Below the pieces are notes generated by a model. That model was not told where the DNA came from. It saw only the letters and a list, made by a program, of their open reading frames with translations, and searched no databases. 64,000 nt of DNA from Lama guanicoe (taxonomy: Eukaryota), in the NCBI GenBank assembly GCA_013239625.1, contig MU053482.1:5035775-5099774 (forward strand). The letters are read 5' to 3'. Below are positions 13,021 to 25,545 of this stretch, piece after piece. A program made the translations under genes and the position numbers. Each line of letters starts with the position of its first letter. Position 1 is the stretch's first letter.

Positions 13021-13519
13021 TCCTCTTCCTCAGCTGTGACGGGCATCCCTAAAGGCTCCCCCAACTCTGAACGATGGATCTGTTTTCCCCACGGATTCCT
13101 CCTTCTCTTTCTGCTTCTTAAAAAGTATTGTTGCGAGTTCCTGTCCTCTGCCTCCTCTCCTCTCACTTCTAGCCATGACCCTGATCCCGCAACGTGGGAA
13201 AAAGCAAAGAGGGTTGATCATACCAAAGGCTACTTCTGAAAACATCCTTCTCATTCAACACAGATGGGAAGGGAAACACCCTAGGCGACTGATGGTGCTT
13301 AACAGTCTGCTTCTGAGACAACGGCATGAGTCTCAGGGCTGCAAAGTTTTCGCTTTGGTGGTGAAAGCAAGTGCCGGTGTCCGTGGGCTTTGGATGGCAA
13401 GCCCATGGCATCCATGGAGGATTTGCACTGCCGTGTCGGGTGTGAAATTCTCATAGGCTGTCGGGGATGAGGAATAGGCAGTTTCTAGAACCTGGAGAAG
13501 AGCTGCCGTTTAAAAGCAG

Positions 13520-13680
13520 GCATGTGCGGCGGCAACAGTGCCGCGTTTCGAGTCTGACATTCTGTTTCGAATCCTTTTCTTACCAGCTGTGTGACCTTGG
13601 GCAACTCACTTTTCTCCTGGCTGTATCTCAGGGTTTTCATTTGCATAATAGATAATATTATCTTCCTCTTCACATTCAGT
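13520..13680 (+). mobile_element. MIR SINE
   Basis: cttaccagctgtgtgaccttgggcaactcactt...ctcagggttttcatttgcataat. Confidence 0.8.
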
Positions 13681-14384
13681 ATAAAGCATATCTTAGGAAG
13701 ACGTTATGATTTGCTAGACTTAGTTCGGTAGGATGATTGAACTGATACAGTGATAGGCTCCTAGGCTAACTGAAAACCTGACACACCTGACAGCTCACCC
13801 CGAATTACTTACTACCCTCCTTTATGGCACTGCTCTTCTCGAGAAGGGCAGAGCTGGTTGCTGTTCTCAGACTGGTTGAAACCACACACAACGCATTTAG
13901 AGCCCTTTCAACAATCTCTCATCCGGATTTCATTGTGGTGGGGTAGCGGGAGATGGAGAGATCAGTGTGGGCTGGAGCAAATGGGACAAGGGGCCTGCGA
14001 GAACCTTCAGCTGCCTGGAGTAGAATGTCACGTTAGTATAAAGGGAGCAATAAGTGATACCGTCATAAGTTCTGCTGAAGTTGGGTGAAGGAATCAAAAC
14101 TGACGCCACTAAATATTTTTAGCGGAGTTAATAAATATTTTCAAGTGAGAACGTGAAAACGGTGTTTTAGGAAGATTAGTTTAGCTTTCTTATATATAAG
14201 ACATTTTTGTTTGGGAGAATGGGGCCAGGGAGGACATTGGATAGATGGTTGCGGGAACCAGACCCTGATCTGAGGAAGTGCAAGTTTAGGTGAGAAAGGA
14301 AAAGATGGGAGTGCAGACTATTTCAAAAGAAAAGGAAAAAAACTGTAAAAGCATTAGTGACAGTTTTCATATTGGAGATTCCAA

Positions 14385-15194
14385 TGTGTGTTTTCCAATA
14401 CTGTCAAGCAGTAATCCCATTCTCAGTGGACACTGACCGGATGTCCTACAGTTTAGCTCAGTTCTGATACTATCTACCTGGATATAGCCTCAGATCCCAC
14501 AGCTCAAGGGCTCAGTCTTACAAGACCACCTCCCCTTCCCCACCTCCACATTAGCTGCCAATCTCAAGTCCAGGTCGGCCCACTCTAGACTGAAGGTGCC
14601 CACGGCCTCCTCCTCAGTTTCAATTAATTTGCTAGAGTGGCTCAAAGAACTCAGGAAAACAGTTTACTTACTAGACTGCCAGTTTATTAAGAGTCTAGCC
14701 CAGGAACAGTCAGAGGGAAGAGATACTTAGAGCAAGGTGTGAGGGAAGGGGTGCGGGGCTTCCATGCCTCTGCTGGGCATTCCAGTCTCCTAGTACCTCC
14801 ACGTGCTTACCAACTGGAAGCTCTCTGAACCCGCTCCTTTTTCAGACTTTTTATGGAGGCCTCATTACACAAGCACGATTGATTAAATTATCGATCATTT
14901 GTGATTGAATTTAATCTCCAGCCCCTCTCCTCTCCCCTGAAGTCAGGGGGTGAGGTTAAGTTCTAACCCTCTAATCAAGTGGTTGGTTCCTCTGGCAACT
15001 GGCCCCCACCCTTGGAGGCTTTCTGAAACTCACCTCACTAATACAAATTCAGATGTGATTGAAAAGCGGGTGTTGGGAATACCAGTCCTTTACTATCCTT
15101 ATCACTTAGGTAACGTTAAGAGTTTTAGGAGCTCTGTACAGAAATAGGGATGAAACCCAAGTATGTATTTCTTCTTTTAAATCACAATATGACA
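14385..15194. mobile_element. MER21-family solo LTR inserted in a decayed L2
   Basis: gttctgatactatctacctgga...cagatcccacag..aagggctcagtc, ttaatttgctagagtggctca..gaactcagg, ending aatcacaatatgaca. Confidence 0.8.
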
Positions 15195-15282
15195 GAGATG
15201 AAAGCAAAAAACCAACTTAAAAGTAACTTCAGATTTTCTAAAGTTTCTACTGGAGATATTATGAAAATGAAGGAGAAAATTT

Positions 15283-15391
15283 TGTGTGTGATAAAATACA
15301 CATAACGTAGATGTTACCACTTCAACCATTTTTAAGTGCACAGTTCAGTGGCATTAAAAATGTTCACACTGTTGTGCTCTCATCACCACCA
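15283..15391 (-). mobile_element. L1MA/L1MB 3' terminal fragment
   Basis: tgtgataaaatacacataac...accatttttaagtgcacagttcagtggcattaa. Confidence 0.75.
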
Positions 15392-15488
15392 GGGAAGAGA
15401 TTTTTATAGCAGTTTGACACCACTGCATCATCTGAGCACATGATCATTGTGCTTGTATTTTGTATGCCCTGTTATTTCAACATTTTCT

Positions 15489-15720
15489 CTTTTTTTTTAA
15501 ACAAATAGTGTTCATTTTTATTTATTTATTTTTATTGAAGTATAGTTGGTTACAGTATCAATTTCTGGTGCACAGCATAATGTCCCAGTTATTCATATAT
15601 ATATATATTCGTTTTCATATTCTTTTTCACTAAAGGTTATTAAAAGATATTGAGTACAGTTCCCTGTGCTATACAGAAGAAATTTGTTTTTTTAATCTAT
15701 TTTTGTATATAGTGGTTAAC
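15489..15720 (-). mobile_element. Lineage-specific 5'-truncated L1 3' end with TSD and a double poly(A) tail
   Basis: ttattgaagtatagttggttaca...cagttccctgtgctatacag. TSD caacattttct (15478-15488) / cgacattttct (15721-15731). Confidence 0.85.
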
Positions 15721-15937
15721 CGACATTTTCTAGTAATTTATTTTATCAGATATTGCAAAGTATCCCTCTGCAATGATTTGGAAATGAAAGAAAAGAAACT
15801 AGTCCTTTCAGATTGCGTGAGAAACATTCTCAAGGTATAAGAAAGGTATAGAGTCTCTGGGAAGGAAGAGGTTGGCTATAGGAAGGCTGTCATCTCCCTT
15901 CCTCTGCCAGGGAATATTCTGTTTTTTCTTATTTATT

Positions 15938-16033
15938 TATTTATTGAAGTATCGTCAGTTACAATGCGTCAATTTCTGATGTACAGCACAATGTCCCAGT
16001 CATGCATATACATACCCATATTCGTTTCATATC
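15938..16033 (-). mobile_element. Lineage-specific ~95-bp L1 3' end with TSD
   Basis: ttattgaagtatcgtcagttacaatg...; flanked by tttcttatttatt at 15925-15937 and 16034-16046. Confidence 0.8.
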
Positions 16034-16259
16034 TTTCTTATTTATTCTTGAAGCTCAATTCCTTGGTCCCTCTCTCTGAGATACCTTCTCTTCCAACCTC
16101 CCCACAGACTCCCAAGCCTCACCAGAGGTTAATCAGCCTTCATGTTGCCTCTGACCCATGGACGTATTTCCTTTGCAGCCATCATGGTACCGTACGGACT
16201 GTCCATCTTGGCCGCCCCACTCTGCACAATACGAGCTCTGCACCAAGACCACGGCCTTT

Positions 16260-16580
16260 TCATCTGTATAACCACATTGCCTGTCCGGCTCCTGCACGTC
16301 ACTCAACTCTGCTCAGACGCTCCCCTCCCCTCCAGGCCCACGACCACCTACCTGAAAACAGCACTTCCTGTTTGCCTTTCTCCCGTTGCCCTGCTCCCTT
16401 CTCCCTCGCAACCTGTCACTGCTGGCCTGACATACACATTTGTTTGCCTCTTCATCGTGTCTCGCCTTTGCTAGAACTTAAACTCCGGGCAAGCAGTTTA
16501 TCTTGTTCATTGCTACATCCCCACGGCACCTTCGTAACACATTATATGTGTTGAGTTAATATTTGCCGGATGAATGAATG
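16260..16580 (+). mobile_element. L2 3' end
   Basis: ctagaacttaaactccgggc...tcttgttcattgctacatcccca...aatatttgccggatgaatgaatga terminus. Confidence 0.75.
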
Positions 16581-16849
16581 ACCAGTGGCCAGCTTCTCTC
16601 TCAGAATCTGAACGAAGGACCGGTGACTTTCTTGGTTGGTGATAGGTTCTGGCCCTGTGGGATCGGTCAGGATTGGGCTGAAAGCTGTGTTTGTAACATG
16701 AAAGCATGGGAAGCTGGTCGGTATCAAAAGAGAAGCTAAGGGGAGAGTCCAAGGGTCAGAAGGTTTCGCTGCCTGGGGGACTCTCCTTCCTCGTCACCTG
16801 ATTCAGTTTGTATTTGTTTTTGTGTTTGTTTTGTCTGTGGACTCATCTG

Positions 16850-17455
16850 GGTATCTGTTTCCTCTGACTGCGTGATGAATTCTCACAAATTTAGCAACTT
16901 AAAGCAACACCCTCTTATTATCTCACTGTTCCATAGGTCAGCAGTCTGGGTGGGCTGGGTTCTCTGCTCAGGGTCTCATGAGACTGAAGTCAAGCTGCTG
17001 GCAGGACTGGCTTCTTATCTGGAGGCCCCGGGGAAGAATCTGCCTCCAAACTCAAGCTTGTTGGCAGTCTTCAGTTCCTTGTGGTGGTAGGACTGAGGTC
17101 TCTCTTTCCTTGCTGACTTTTGGCAGGGACTGCTCTTGGCTCCCAGAGACCACTCTCAGCTCCTTGCCGTGTGGCCCTCTCCACATCAGCAACAGAGAGC
17201 CTCCCACATGCTCTCTGAATTCCTCTCTGCTACCAGCAGGAGAAAACGCTGCTTTTAAAGCACTTATGTGATTAGGTGCGTCTCACTGGAATAGCCTATT
17301 GATTAACTCAGAACCAACTAACTAGTAGCCTTAATTACATCTGCAAAACCCCTTTTGCCTTGTCACCTAACATCATCAGGGCATGATAACTCATCATATT
17401 CACAGTCTAGCATTAGGATAAAAAATTTTGAGGAACCATTTTAGGATTCTATCAT
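16850..17455 (-). mobile_element. MLT1 (E/F-type) MaLR solo LTR
   Basis: cacaaatttagcaacttaaagcaacac, ctggaggccccggggaagaatctgcctccaaactca, gtaggactgaggtc, ccttaattacatctgcaaaacccc. Confidence 0.85.
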
Positions 17456-20400
17456 GGTATTTATTTTTTAAATCTCCTTTAATTAGAATGGAGACTGGTG
17501 GAATGGGGATCTGTTGCTTGCAACTAAAGAGTAATGGCCATAATCCACAGAGGTCTAGCCTGGGGGTGGGGGGGGGCGCTGCTATAAACTTTGTCTTCTT
17601 GACCTTTGCTAAATCGTGGCTCTTTATTTTTCCTCTGGAACAGAGTTCAGTATATAGAGATGTGAAAGATTAGACCATCTGTCATACTTCAGATGCCAAG
17701 AATAATGAAAATAGCCCCTTGCCTCTAAACTCTCTGGTAGAAAACTTTTTTTTCTTTTTTTTAATGATTTTCCTTGTGGGTCACTCTCCAAGTGAGATCA
17801 TTGGTGATCCTGAGCCTTTTCCCATGACTTAATTGATGAGGAGAGGACCGTCCAGCTAAATCTCACAGAATACATTGTGGGTAATTGGCTTAAAGCCTGC
17901 AGGCTCTTGTTGAAATGAGTGGTTTTGGTTAATCCACACCACGGAGCTGAAAAGCTATTATGTATGTATATTTTTGTCTTGCGGTATTATCAAGAAATTC
18001 CATATAGAAGGGAATAAACTATGGTTTGGGAATGAAAAAAGAATTTTTTTTAAGAAAAATGCAAGACATAAACTCTGTTTCCTGCAGATGTAAATCAGAG
18101 CAAGTTTTAAAGCCTTTCGTGACTCAGAGAGAGGTCACCGACCAAATCTGCTGAAGAAGGCAGGATGAAACAAAAACAGCTACATTTTTATGATTTTTTT
18201 CCCTTTGCTGCTGTTAGCTCTTCCATTTGCCCGAAGTAACACAATTTTCCAGACTAGGTAGGAAATCGGAGATAGGGAATTGCTACCCAGTTCACTGCCT
18301 AGCTTCAAAAAACGTAGAGTCATAGTTGAGTGACGAACATAGTAAATTGGGGGGATTTGAGAGAGAAAGCTTGCTTGTGGCAAATTGCCAGCAGGTTAAA
18401 GGCTTGTGAGATTATAGAATCAGAGAAGCTCAGAGTTGGAAGGAACCTCACATCTTGTTGCCTGGTCCAACCCTTCTTTGATGCATGGACTGACTCAGTA
18501 GCATGGCAACAGGAGGTGCTCAGCTCTGCTGGATCTTACTCTTTGTAGGGAGTGAGACAGATGTGGAGGCAGCAGCTATGACTGAAGATGAGGAGTCCCA
18601 GATCTTGGGTAGATCCCTGGGGGCCTGGCACTTGGGAGCCTCAGCGTCAGTTGGAGATCATGATACCCAGTTAGCAGGATTGTTGCAGAATTAAATAAAC
18701 TTTGTAAAACATTAAGCAAACGTAAATGATTATATTAGTGCTATTACTAGGGAGACATTGAGATACCTGGGATGGTGGATGGCCTAAAGAAGCACATTGG
18801 AGCCCAAGACAGGAATAGAAAATACAGGAAAAGACATTGTGTTTTCAAGGCCAGTGAATCTCACACTAGGAGCTTGAAGCTGCTTTAAAAAGGGAGGAGG
18901 GGTCAGCAACTGTGCAGGTCAGAAGCCTCAGGCCCAAGACAGGAAGCCCACGCTGCTCAGGTGTGCACAGGTACCCAGGTTGAGCTCTCAGGAGTGCAGC
19001 CCAAGAGCAGAGCTCTTACCAGGCAACCTGAGAAAGACAGATGCCAAGCTTCAGTCTGAAGACCCCAAGGGGAAAGAGCCTGCCCCCCGAAGCTGCATGA
19101 GGGTAGAAGACAGAGGGCCGCCACAGCCCCTAAATGAAATAAGCTGTTTCCATAGCCATTGGGAAACTGTATCCAGGTGTTTCCTGATGCTTGTTGACTT
19201 AACTTCTTAAAAGCATCCATCACAAACTATTTCTTCTCTCAGGTAACTCTTTTCCCCTCGCAAATGTAGGATTCAGAGATAGAAAGCTGAACTCTTGGCC
19301 TTTGGCAATAACTGTGTCATGTCCTGATTCATTCTTATTCAACAAGCATTTATGATGCTTGCTCTTGTTCAGCCTTGTTCCAGGCCCAGGGAATCAGATG
19401 CAGCCTAGTTGGTGTCCAACAGGAGCACATAGGAGCTTAGATGGAAGCAGGTGCGGCATGATTTTTGCCTTCCCTCCTTGTGCCCTCAGCCAACAGTGAT
19501 TAATATAGTTACAAGTGCTGCTGATTTTTGTCCCTAAGGCCTTGCTTCCAGTCTTGCTTCCTCTCCTGTGCCTTCAGGTTCTAGGTTGAGCCTGGCTTCT
19601 CCTCCAAAGCCTTACCAAGTTTTCTCATGCATGTGGATCACCACTTGCTTGTTGTCTGGGCCCCACGTTTCCTTTCTCATGATGTCTTTCCTGTTTGCCT
19701 CGTCCCCTTCAGTGTGGTTTGACAGTCCTGAGCCTGGCTCTGTGGGTGCTGGTGGAGCTGAACCTAGAGGTCATCACCCCCGGCACTGTGTGGTTTGAAA
19801 TTCCTGCTCCTTGACTTCTCTCTGCTCATGGTTTCCCCGCAGAGTGGGGGGCAAGTTAGCGGTGCCCCCAAGATGGCATGGACCTGGCAGCAGTGGAATC
19901 CGGGTTGCTAATGGGAACACGCAGTAGGGCCCCAGATAGTGCTGGGGCGAAGAGGTGGGTCAGTAGAAAGGGGAGGCATTGCGAGGTCCTCCGACAGCAC
20001 CAGGAGCCGACGTGCGCGGGCTAGGAGGGGAGGGACCCCCGCTAACGAAGGTGTGGGGAACCAGGAGCAGGTGCTGAGACGAGACCACCTGGTGCTTGTG
20101 ATGACTGTCCCAGCTTTTACGTATGATGGCACCAGTCCAGTGCGCCTTAAAGGTATGTAGTCTCTGGCCTTCTAGAGACTTGAAGAAAGAAACCCTGGCT
20201 GTTGCCGCAGAGGTGAACCTTGGGGGCATTCTGTGACCCTAATCCTGGCCCAGCGGAAGAGAAGGCAGCCGGGTTGGGTAGAACCAGGACAGGAAATTCA
20301 GGATTTCAAGATCGAATGAGCAGCTGGATTGTAGTGCCTGGTGGTCTGTCCTGCAGTCAGTGGGAGGAGCGGAGAGGTCCTGTCCTCCAAGGAAGGGGCT

Positions 20401-20519
20401 GGCACAGTGGTCAGACAGGCTGTGGTCCGGGGAGGGCTCTGCTTCGAGAAGGAGCCTAAACCTTGTGATGGTTTAATTCAGTGATGGGGTCTAGGGAAAA
20501 CCAGCTGCAGTCGCGGGTA

Positions 20520-20905
20520 CTCGTTCACCGAGGCAGCCTGCATACTGCGTATCTCAGTGCAGGTCCCTGCCCCACTCAAACTGGGTGGCTCACGTACAGT
20601 TTAATAAAGGGGTTATTTCAGAGAAGTGAGGTAAGTGTACTCCATCCGGGCCTAGTAACCATGGGGAGGTGAGGAGCTGTTACTGCTCCTAGGCCTGAGT
20701 GGTTACTGAATTCCAGGGATAGGAAAAATGGTGTGAGGAGAGCCACTCAGCAGACTTTGACCTTTGGGGATGGTGACTCCACAGGCAAGGGAACCAGGAA
20801 ATAAATAACCCAACCTGGCCTTCCCGGGCCACTACTGCAGTCCCTCCTGGGCGAGGAAAAGGTGGGGAACAGAGAGGTGGATCTGGAGGGGCCAGCAGTA
20901 GGCTT
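20520..20905. mobile_element. Probable decayed ERVL LTR (LTR33-like)
   Basis: agtttaataaaggggttattt, ggagctgttactgctcctaggcctga, terminal gtggatctggaggggcca. Confidence 0.5.
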
Positions 20906-21108
20906 TTGCAACGTAACTAATTCTGGATTGTTCCTTCAAGGGGAACTGGTCCTACCAGCATCCTTCCTGTTCTGGTAAGGCTGGGCTCAGGACTCAGGAC
21001 TCAGGTGAGGTGAACCTCAGGCTAAACATCTCTGTTGCTTCAGGTTGACAGGAGCTGCGAGAAGAGGGTCTGGCACTGTACCTTTAAAATAACAGCTTGC
21101 TCCATACA

Positions 21109-21242
21109 TACGGGGACCATATGTCCTCAATTTTCTAGGACAGTCTTAATTTCAAATATTCTGTCGTATTTTGCCCATAAGAATACTGGCACTTGTCAGA
21201 TCGTATGTTCCAATTTTTGATTTAGAAAATATGGTCACTGTA
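21109..21242. mobile_element. MER94-like hAT-Blackjack MITE
   Basis: Terminal inverted repeats tacggggaccatat / atatggtcactgta bracket ~134 bp. Confidence 0.75.
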
Positions 21243-21399
21243 TCGCTATACCACAACAAATGCCAGACGGTTTAGAGAGCTAATTCTTTTTAATGGTATA
21301 CTTATCCCAATTGTTGAGAAAAGACAATTTTCTGACTATTGAAGCAATTGAAGAAATTATCAGTGACAAGTTTGATGGGTTCAATTACATTTTTAAAAG

Positions 21400-22520
21400 T
21401 CTTTTTTTTTTTGGTACAAAGAAAATCAATAAAACTAAAAGATAGAAAGAGAAGCAATAGATTAGAGAAATGGTTACAATAAACGTAACAGCCAAAACTT
21501 ACCATCTAGACGCTTTGGGGAGTTTTATATAAATCTTAAAGGGCACAATCGAGACTTCATTGGACAGATGATCAAAGGATATGAGTAGATAATTCACACA
21601 AAAGAAACATTCACTGTAAACACATCCCAGGGAGGTAATTTCATATATTCAAGTTAAAATAGCTATGAGTTGCCATATCACCCCTATCTACATTATCAAA
21701 AATAAATACAAGCTGTAAAGTATAACATGAGCAGGGCTTTGTGGAAACATATTTCACAGAAGGCATTATAAATTATATATTTTTTTCCTTTCCTGGAGAA
21801 CAGAATGATGATACTTAAAATACATCACAAAATCAATCTTTGACTCTGACTCAACAGTTCCACTTTTGGAAATATATCCCAAGGAAATAACAGTAGGAAA
21901 AAAAGTATACACACACACACACACACTTGAACGACGTGGGTTCTAACTGCATGGGGCCACTCATACTCAGATTTTTTTCAATAATTGTGTACTGCAACAC
22001 TACATGATCTGTGCTTGGTTGAATCCATGGATGCAGAATTACAAATACCAAGGACTTACTGTAAAGTTATCGTCAAATTTTTCACCAAGAAGAGGGTGGA
22101 TGCCCCTAACCCCTGTGTTGTTCAAGACTAAACTGTATACACACACACACACACACGTATGTACGTACATGTATACAGTTCTACCTATGCTGAGACAACC
22201 CAATTTACTGGCAATTGTGTGATGACTTAAATATATTCTATTGCCTAGAATAAATATTATATTATTAAAATATCAAATATGTTCACTGTAAATTTGAAGG
22301 AAGACGTATTTTAAAATGTTAAGTGGCAAAAAAGTACAATGAAACTGGCAGTAATGATGTGGTCATGTGAAAGCTAGTTTTGTCCAATTATAAGGATCAG
22401 GTAAGAGTCTAAAATGTGCAGTTGAACAGTTTTCTAGGGTAAAGGTGTCTTCTGTGGTTTCTGGTTCATTGCTTCATTATTGCTGGTTTTAGACATTTTA
22501 AGTGTAGCCAGGTTTACCAT
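21400..22520 (+). mobile_element. Decayed L1ME-type 3' region, interrupted by Tigger2
   Basis: caaaggatatgagtagataattcaca, cagttccacttttggaaatatatcccaaggaaataa. Confidence 0.6.
21926..22137 (+). mobile_element. Tigger2a-type TcMar MITE flanked on both sides by (CA)n
   Basis: cttgaacgacgtgggttctaactgc...ttggttgaatccatggatgcagaa...cccctaacccctgtgttgttcaagactaaactg followed by TA. Confidence 0.8.
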
Positions 22521-23479
22521 AAAAATAATGAGAAAAGTGAGAACATAGCTCAGATTTCTGTGGGTCTGCAGACTGAGTCTCGGGTTGATGCTGGTTGCTT
22601 CTTCAGATGGCTCTCCACACAGGATGAATAGCTGTTTCCAAATCAACGTTGTAGTCCTCTGCTGGCGAACCCTCTGTTCTCTGTCTCTTTTCTCTCCCTC
22701 TTGAGTGTGACCCGTGAACGCCTATGCACCTGGATCTAACAGGTGATGAGGTTCTTTCTTTGTGGTACTCAGATCCTCAGACATGGCTATTTAAACTCAA
22801 CCATGAAATTGCTTCAGGTCCATCCACGTAAGGATCAGTTTGGTTACCCCCCAGCCCCTCTGCAGGAAAAAGCCAGTGCAATCTCTAGTGTATATTTTTT
22901 GTGGTATTTTAAAGCCTTAAGTGCTAATCTGTTAAAAATAAGGGGTAGGGGAGTAGTTCATTGTGCAAATATGAAACTTACAAATGCCAACCCCCATGTC
23001 CCTCCTATAAACCTGCAGCAAGTGTGCAGCCGACCTGACCTCTGGCAGCAGGGACAGAGGGGCCAGAGCACACTGCTGAACCCCAAGCCCTGCACATGGT
23101 GTTCTAGTGCATTGACTCCCTCTGGGAAACCTAGGTCCCACTGGTACCCTGCTCACTGGGACGGTGGCTGCCATAAGGTGTCATTAACTGCTTGTATGCA
23201 GACCCCTTGAGAGTGTTTGTGGAAATCCCACATTTCATTTTCTGTGTGACCTCGAGAAAAAGTGCTTGACACCTGAATTTTCATAGCAGAAAAAAAATGG
23301 CGAAGGAGGCTGAGGTCAGTTTGTGTGAGTGCTCTTGAGTTCAGTCACTGGCCCTGAAAGTAGATGCCATGTATAAAATGAAAATTTATAAAAGGTGAAA
23401 AAAAGAAGAAGGAGAAGGAGAAAGAATAGAAACCCCATGGGGTTCCAATTTCCTATCAAAAAGACCGCTCCTGGTTGTC

Positions 23480-23670
23480 AGGGAATGAGCCTAAGTTTTG
23501 AAGTCAGCAGGACCACTGTCCCTAACTGATGGTTCGTTGCCTCTCTTCCTCATACAGAAACTGTTAAAGACAGTATCTACCTCTTGGGGTAGTTGTGAGT
23601 TAAGATTAAATAATCTTGTAAAGCATCATATAATGAATGTCTGGTACAAAATAAACCTTCAGTAAGCATT
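23480..23670 (+). mobile_element. MIR SINE (decayed)
   Basis: cagtatctacctcttggggtagttgtgag..aagattaaataa...tgtaaagcat. Confidence 0.6.
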
Positions 23671-24932
23671 AGTTCTCTTCCCCTTCCCTCACCCAATAAG
23701 GTATCTTGCATACACGGGGTACTTGGTGTATCATGTTTATACATTCTAATTGAGTCACATGTACAGAGCAGCAGCCTGATTCACCTACCATGCGACAGAG
23801 ATGACCAAACACAGAGAATATGATTTCTCTTGGTCACATTGGGGCATGACCAGTTATCAGCAACAGAAGGGGGAAGGCAGGGAGGGATGGGGCTTGGATC
23901 TGACTCTTCCTTGGGGATGGGACTGCACTCAGATTACTGGTCCCCATGCTAACAGTAAAGATGGAGTCTGGCCAGCATAGAGTACATCAGTCTCTGATCA
24001 CCATCCCAAAAAATCAACAGCAGCAAAGAAGGGTCCACGATGAAATAGGATGTCCCAATGGGTAGACCAAGTGCAGCAGCTGGGACTTGGGGGGTGATGC
24101 TCAGATGTTCAGAAAAGAAGGTGGCAACTTTGAGGCAGTCTGATGTTTTAGCCCAGACACTGAGCAGAGGCAAGTGGGTAGGGCTCTGGGGTAGGGTACC
24201 AGGAAGATTCTTGGACAGGGATTCATCAACAGGGACCAAGGCAGAAGGTCAACCATAATAACCTGAATATCAGACTGTCTGGACTGGAATGAAGCACTGT
24301 ACTGGGGTCAGATGATGACGCTGTTGAGCCCAGGACAGTCTCAGGTCAAGTTGAATCCTGGAAACTGAGGCAAGAGTTGGTCCAAGCCATGGGGATGGGA
24401 TGGGATGCAGCAACCAGGAGCCCATGGGGGCCAAACACTGTTTCTCTTGAAAGTGAACTCACTTGCTACTACTTGGTTAAAATTTGGACTCATCTCCGTA
24501 GATGTCAGTGGACATTGCTCCAGGATTTTCCAAGGGTGACCTAGAAGTTTCCCTTCCCCTGCTCCTCTTTTTTTTTTTCTCTTCCCAGCTTATCAAATCA
24601 GTGTAACATTTAGCCAAGAAGCTCGGTCAGGATTTTGGTGAGAGGAGGGAACTGCATGTAATGGAAAATTATATTCAGTGTCTTATAGTTGCTTTCATTT
24701 GGGTTTAGTCACGATGTTTAATTTGTTTTGCAATTTGAAATCTCACTACAGTAATTTTTATGTTGAGCTAAAGGGACTTAGATTCAAAATGGTCATGAAG
24801 CACACTGTTCATGGCCCCCTCTTGGAAGAGCCTTCGCTGGCTTTCTGTTCAAGGGCTCTCTTCTTCATGACCCCAGATTCTAGCTCTGCACTGTCTCCCT
24901 TCATCTTGGTGCATTATACTTTCTAGCTAGAC

Positions 24933-25149
24933 TGGTGGTTTTTTTATGGGGTGATTTTCCCCTCCTAGGGGACGTTAAGCAATGTCTGGAGACATTCTGG
25001 ATTGTCGTGACTTGGGGGCGGGTGCTCTTGGCATTCATGGGAAGAGGCCAGGATTTTCTACAAAATGCCCTGCAGTGCACAGGACAGCCCCCCACAACAA
25101 AGACTTGTCCAGTCCAAAACATCAATAGTGTCTCTGTTGAGACACCCTG
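24933..25149 (+). mobile_element. MER20 (hAT-Charlie MITE)
   Basis: ggggtgattttcccctcc..gcaatgtctggagacatt...tgcacaggacagcccccacaacaaag...gttgagacaccctg. Imperfect 8-bp TSD agctagac/gactagac. Confidence 0.9.
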
Positions 25150-25209
25150 GACTAGACTGTAAGCATATTATGAGCTGATGTGATGTCTTAAGATTCTGGC
25201 AAAATAACA

Positions 25210-25545
25210 ACCACCATTAACAACTAACATTTATCAAACTCTTACTGTGTGCCAGGCATTGTTCCAAACACTTTCTACATATTAGCTCACTTAATTTCTT
25301 TTGTTAGGAATTCTTGTTATCCCATTTTACAGATGGGAGACCTGAAATGTGAGAAAATTAAGTAACTTACCCAAAATCATGCTCCTACTATTGTTAGTGG
25401 TAAGGATAGTAATACTGGTAGCAGTAGAATTTCTATTAATTTTTATGAAGCCAAAGGCTTTGTACATATTGACTTATTTCACTTTTGTCAGGACCCCATG
25501 GAATAGATGTCTTATATTACCCATTTCAGATGTGCAGAAACTAGG
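25210..25545 (-). mobile_element. Two adjacent MIR fragments
   Basis: ttactgtgtgccaggcattgttc, tatcccattttacagatgggagacctga, cccatttcagatgtgcagaaact. Confidence 0.75.

Noticed and set aside
15964..16554. Longest ORF in the track (196 aa)
   Set aside because: It starts inside an antisense L1 3' end and runs into an L2. It has no recognisable domain, so it is a chance ORF.
20986..21005. (ctcagga)x3 and similar micro-duplications (e.g. ~58035)
   Set aside because: These are ordinary replication slippage products with no sign of function.
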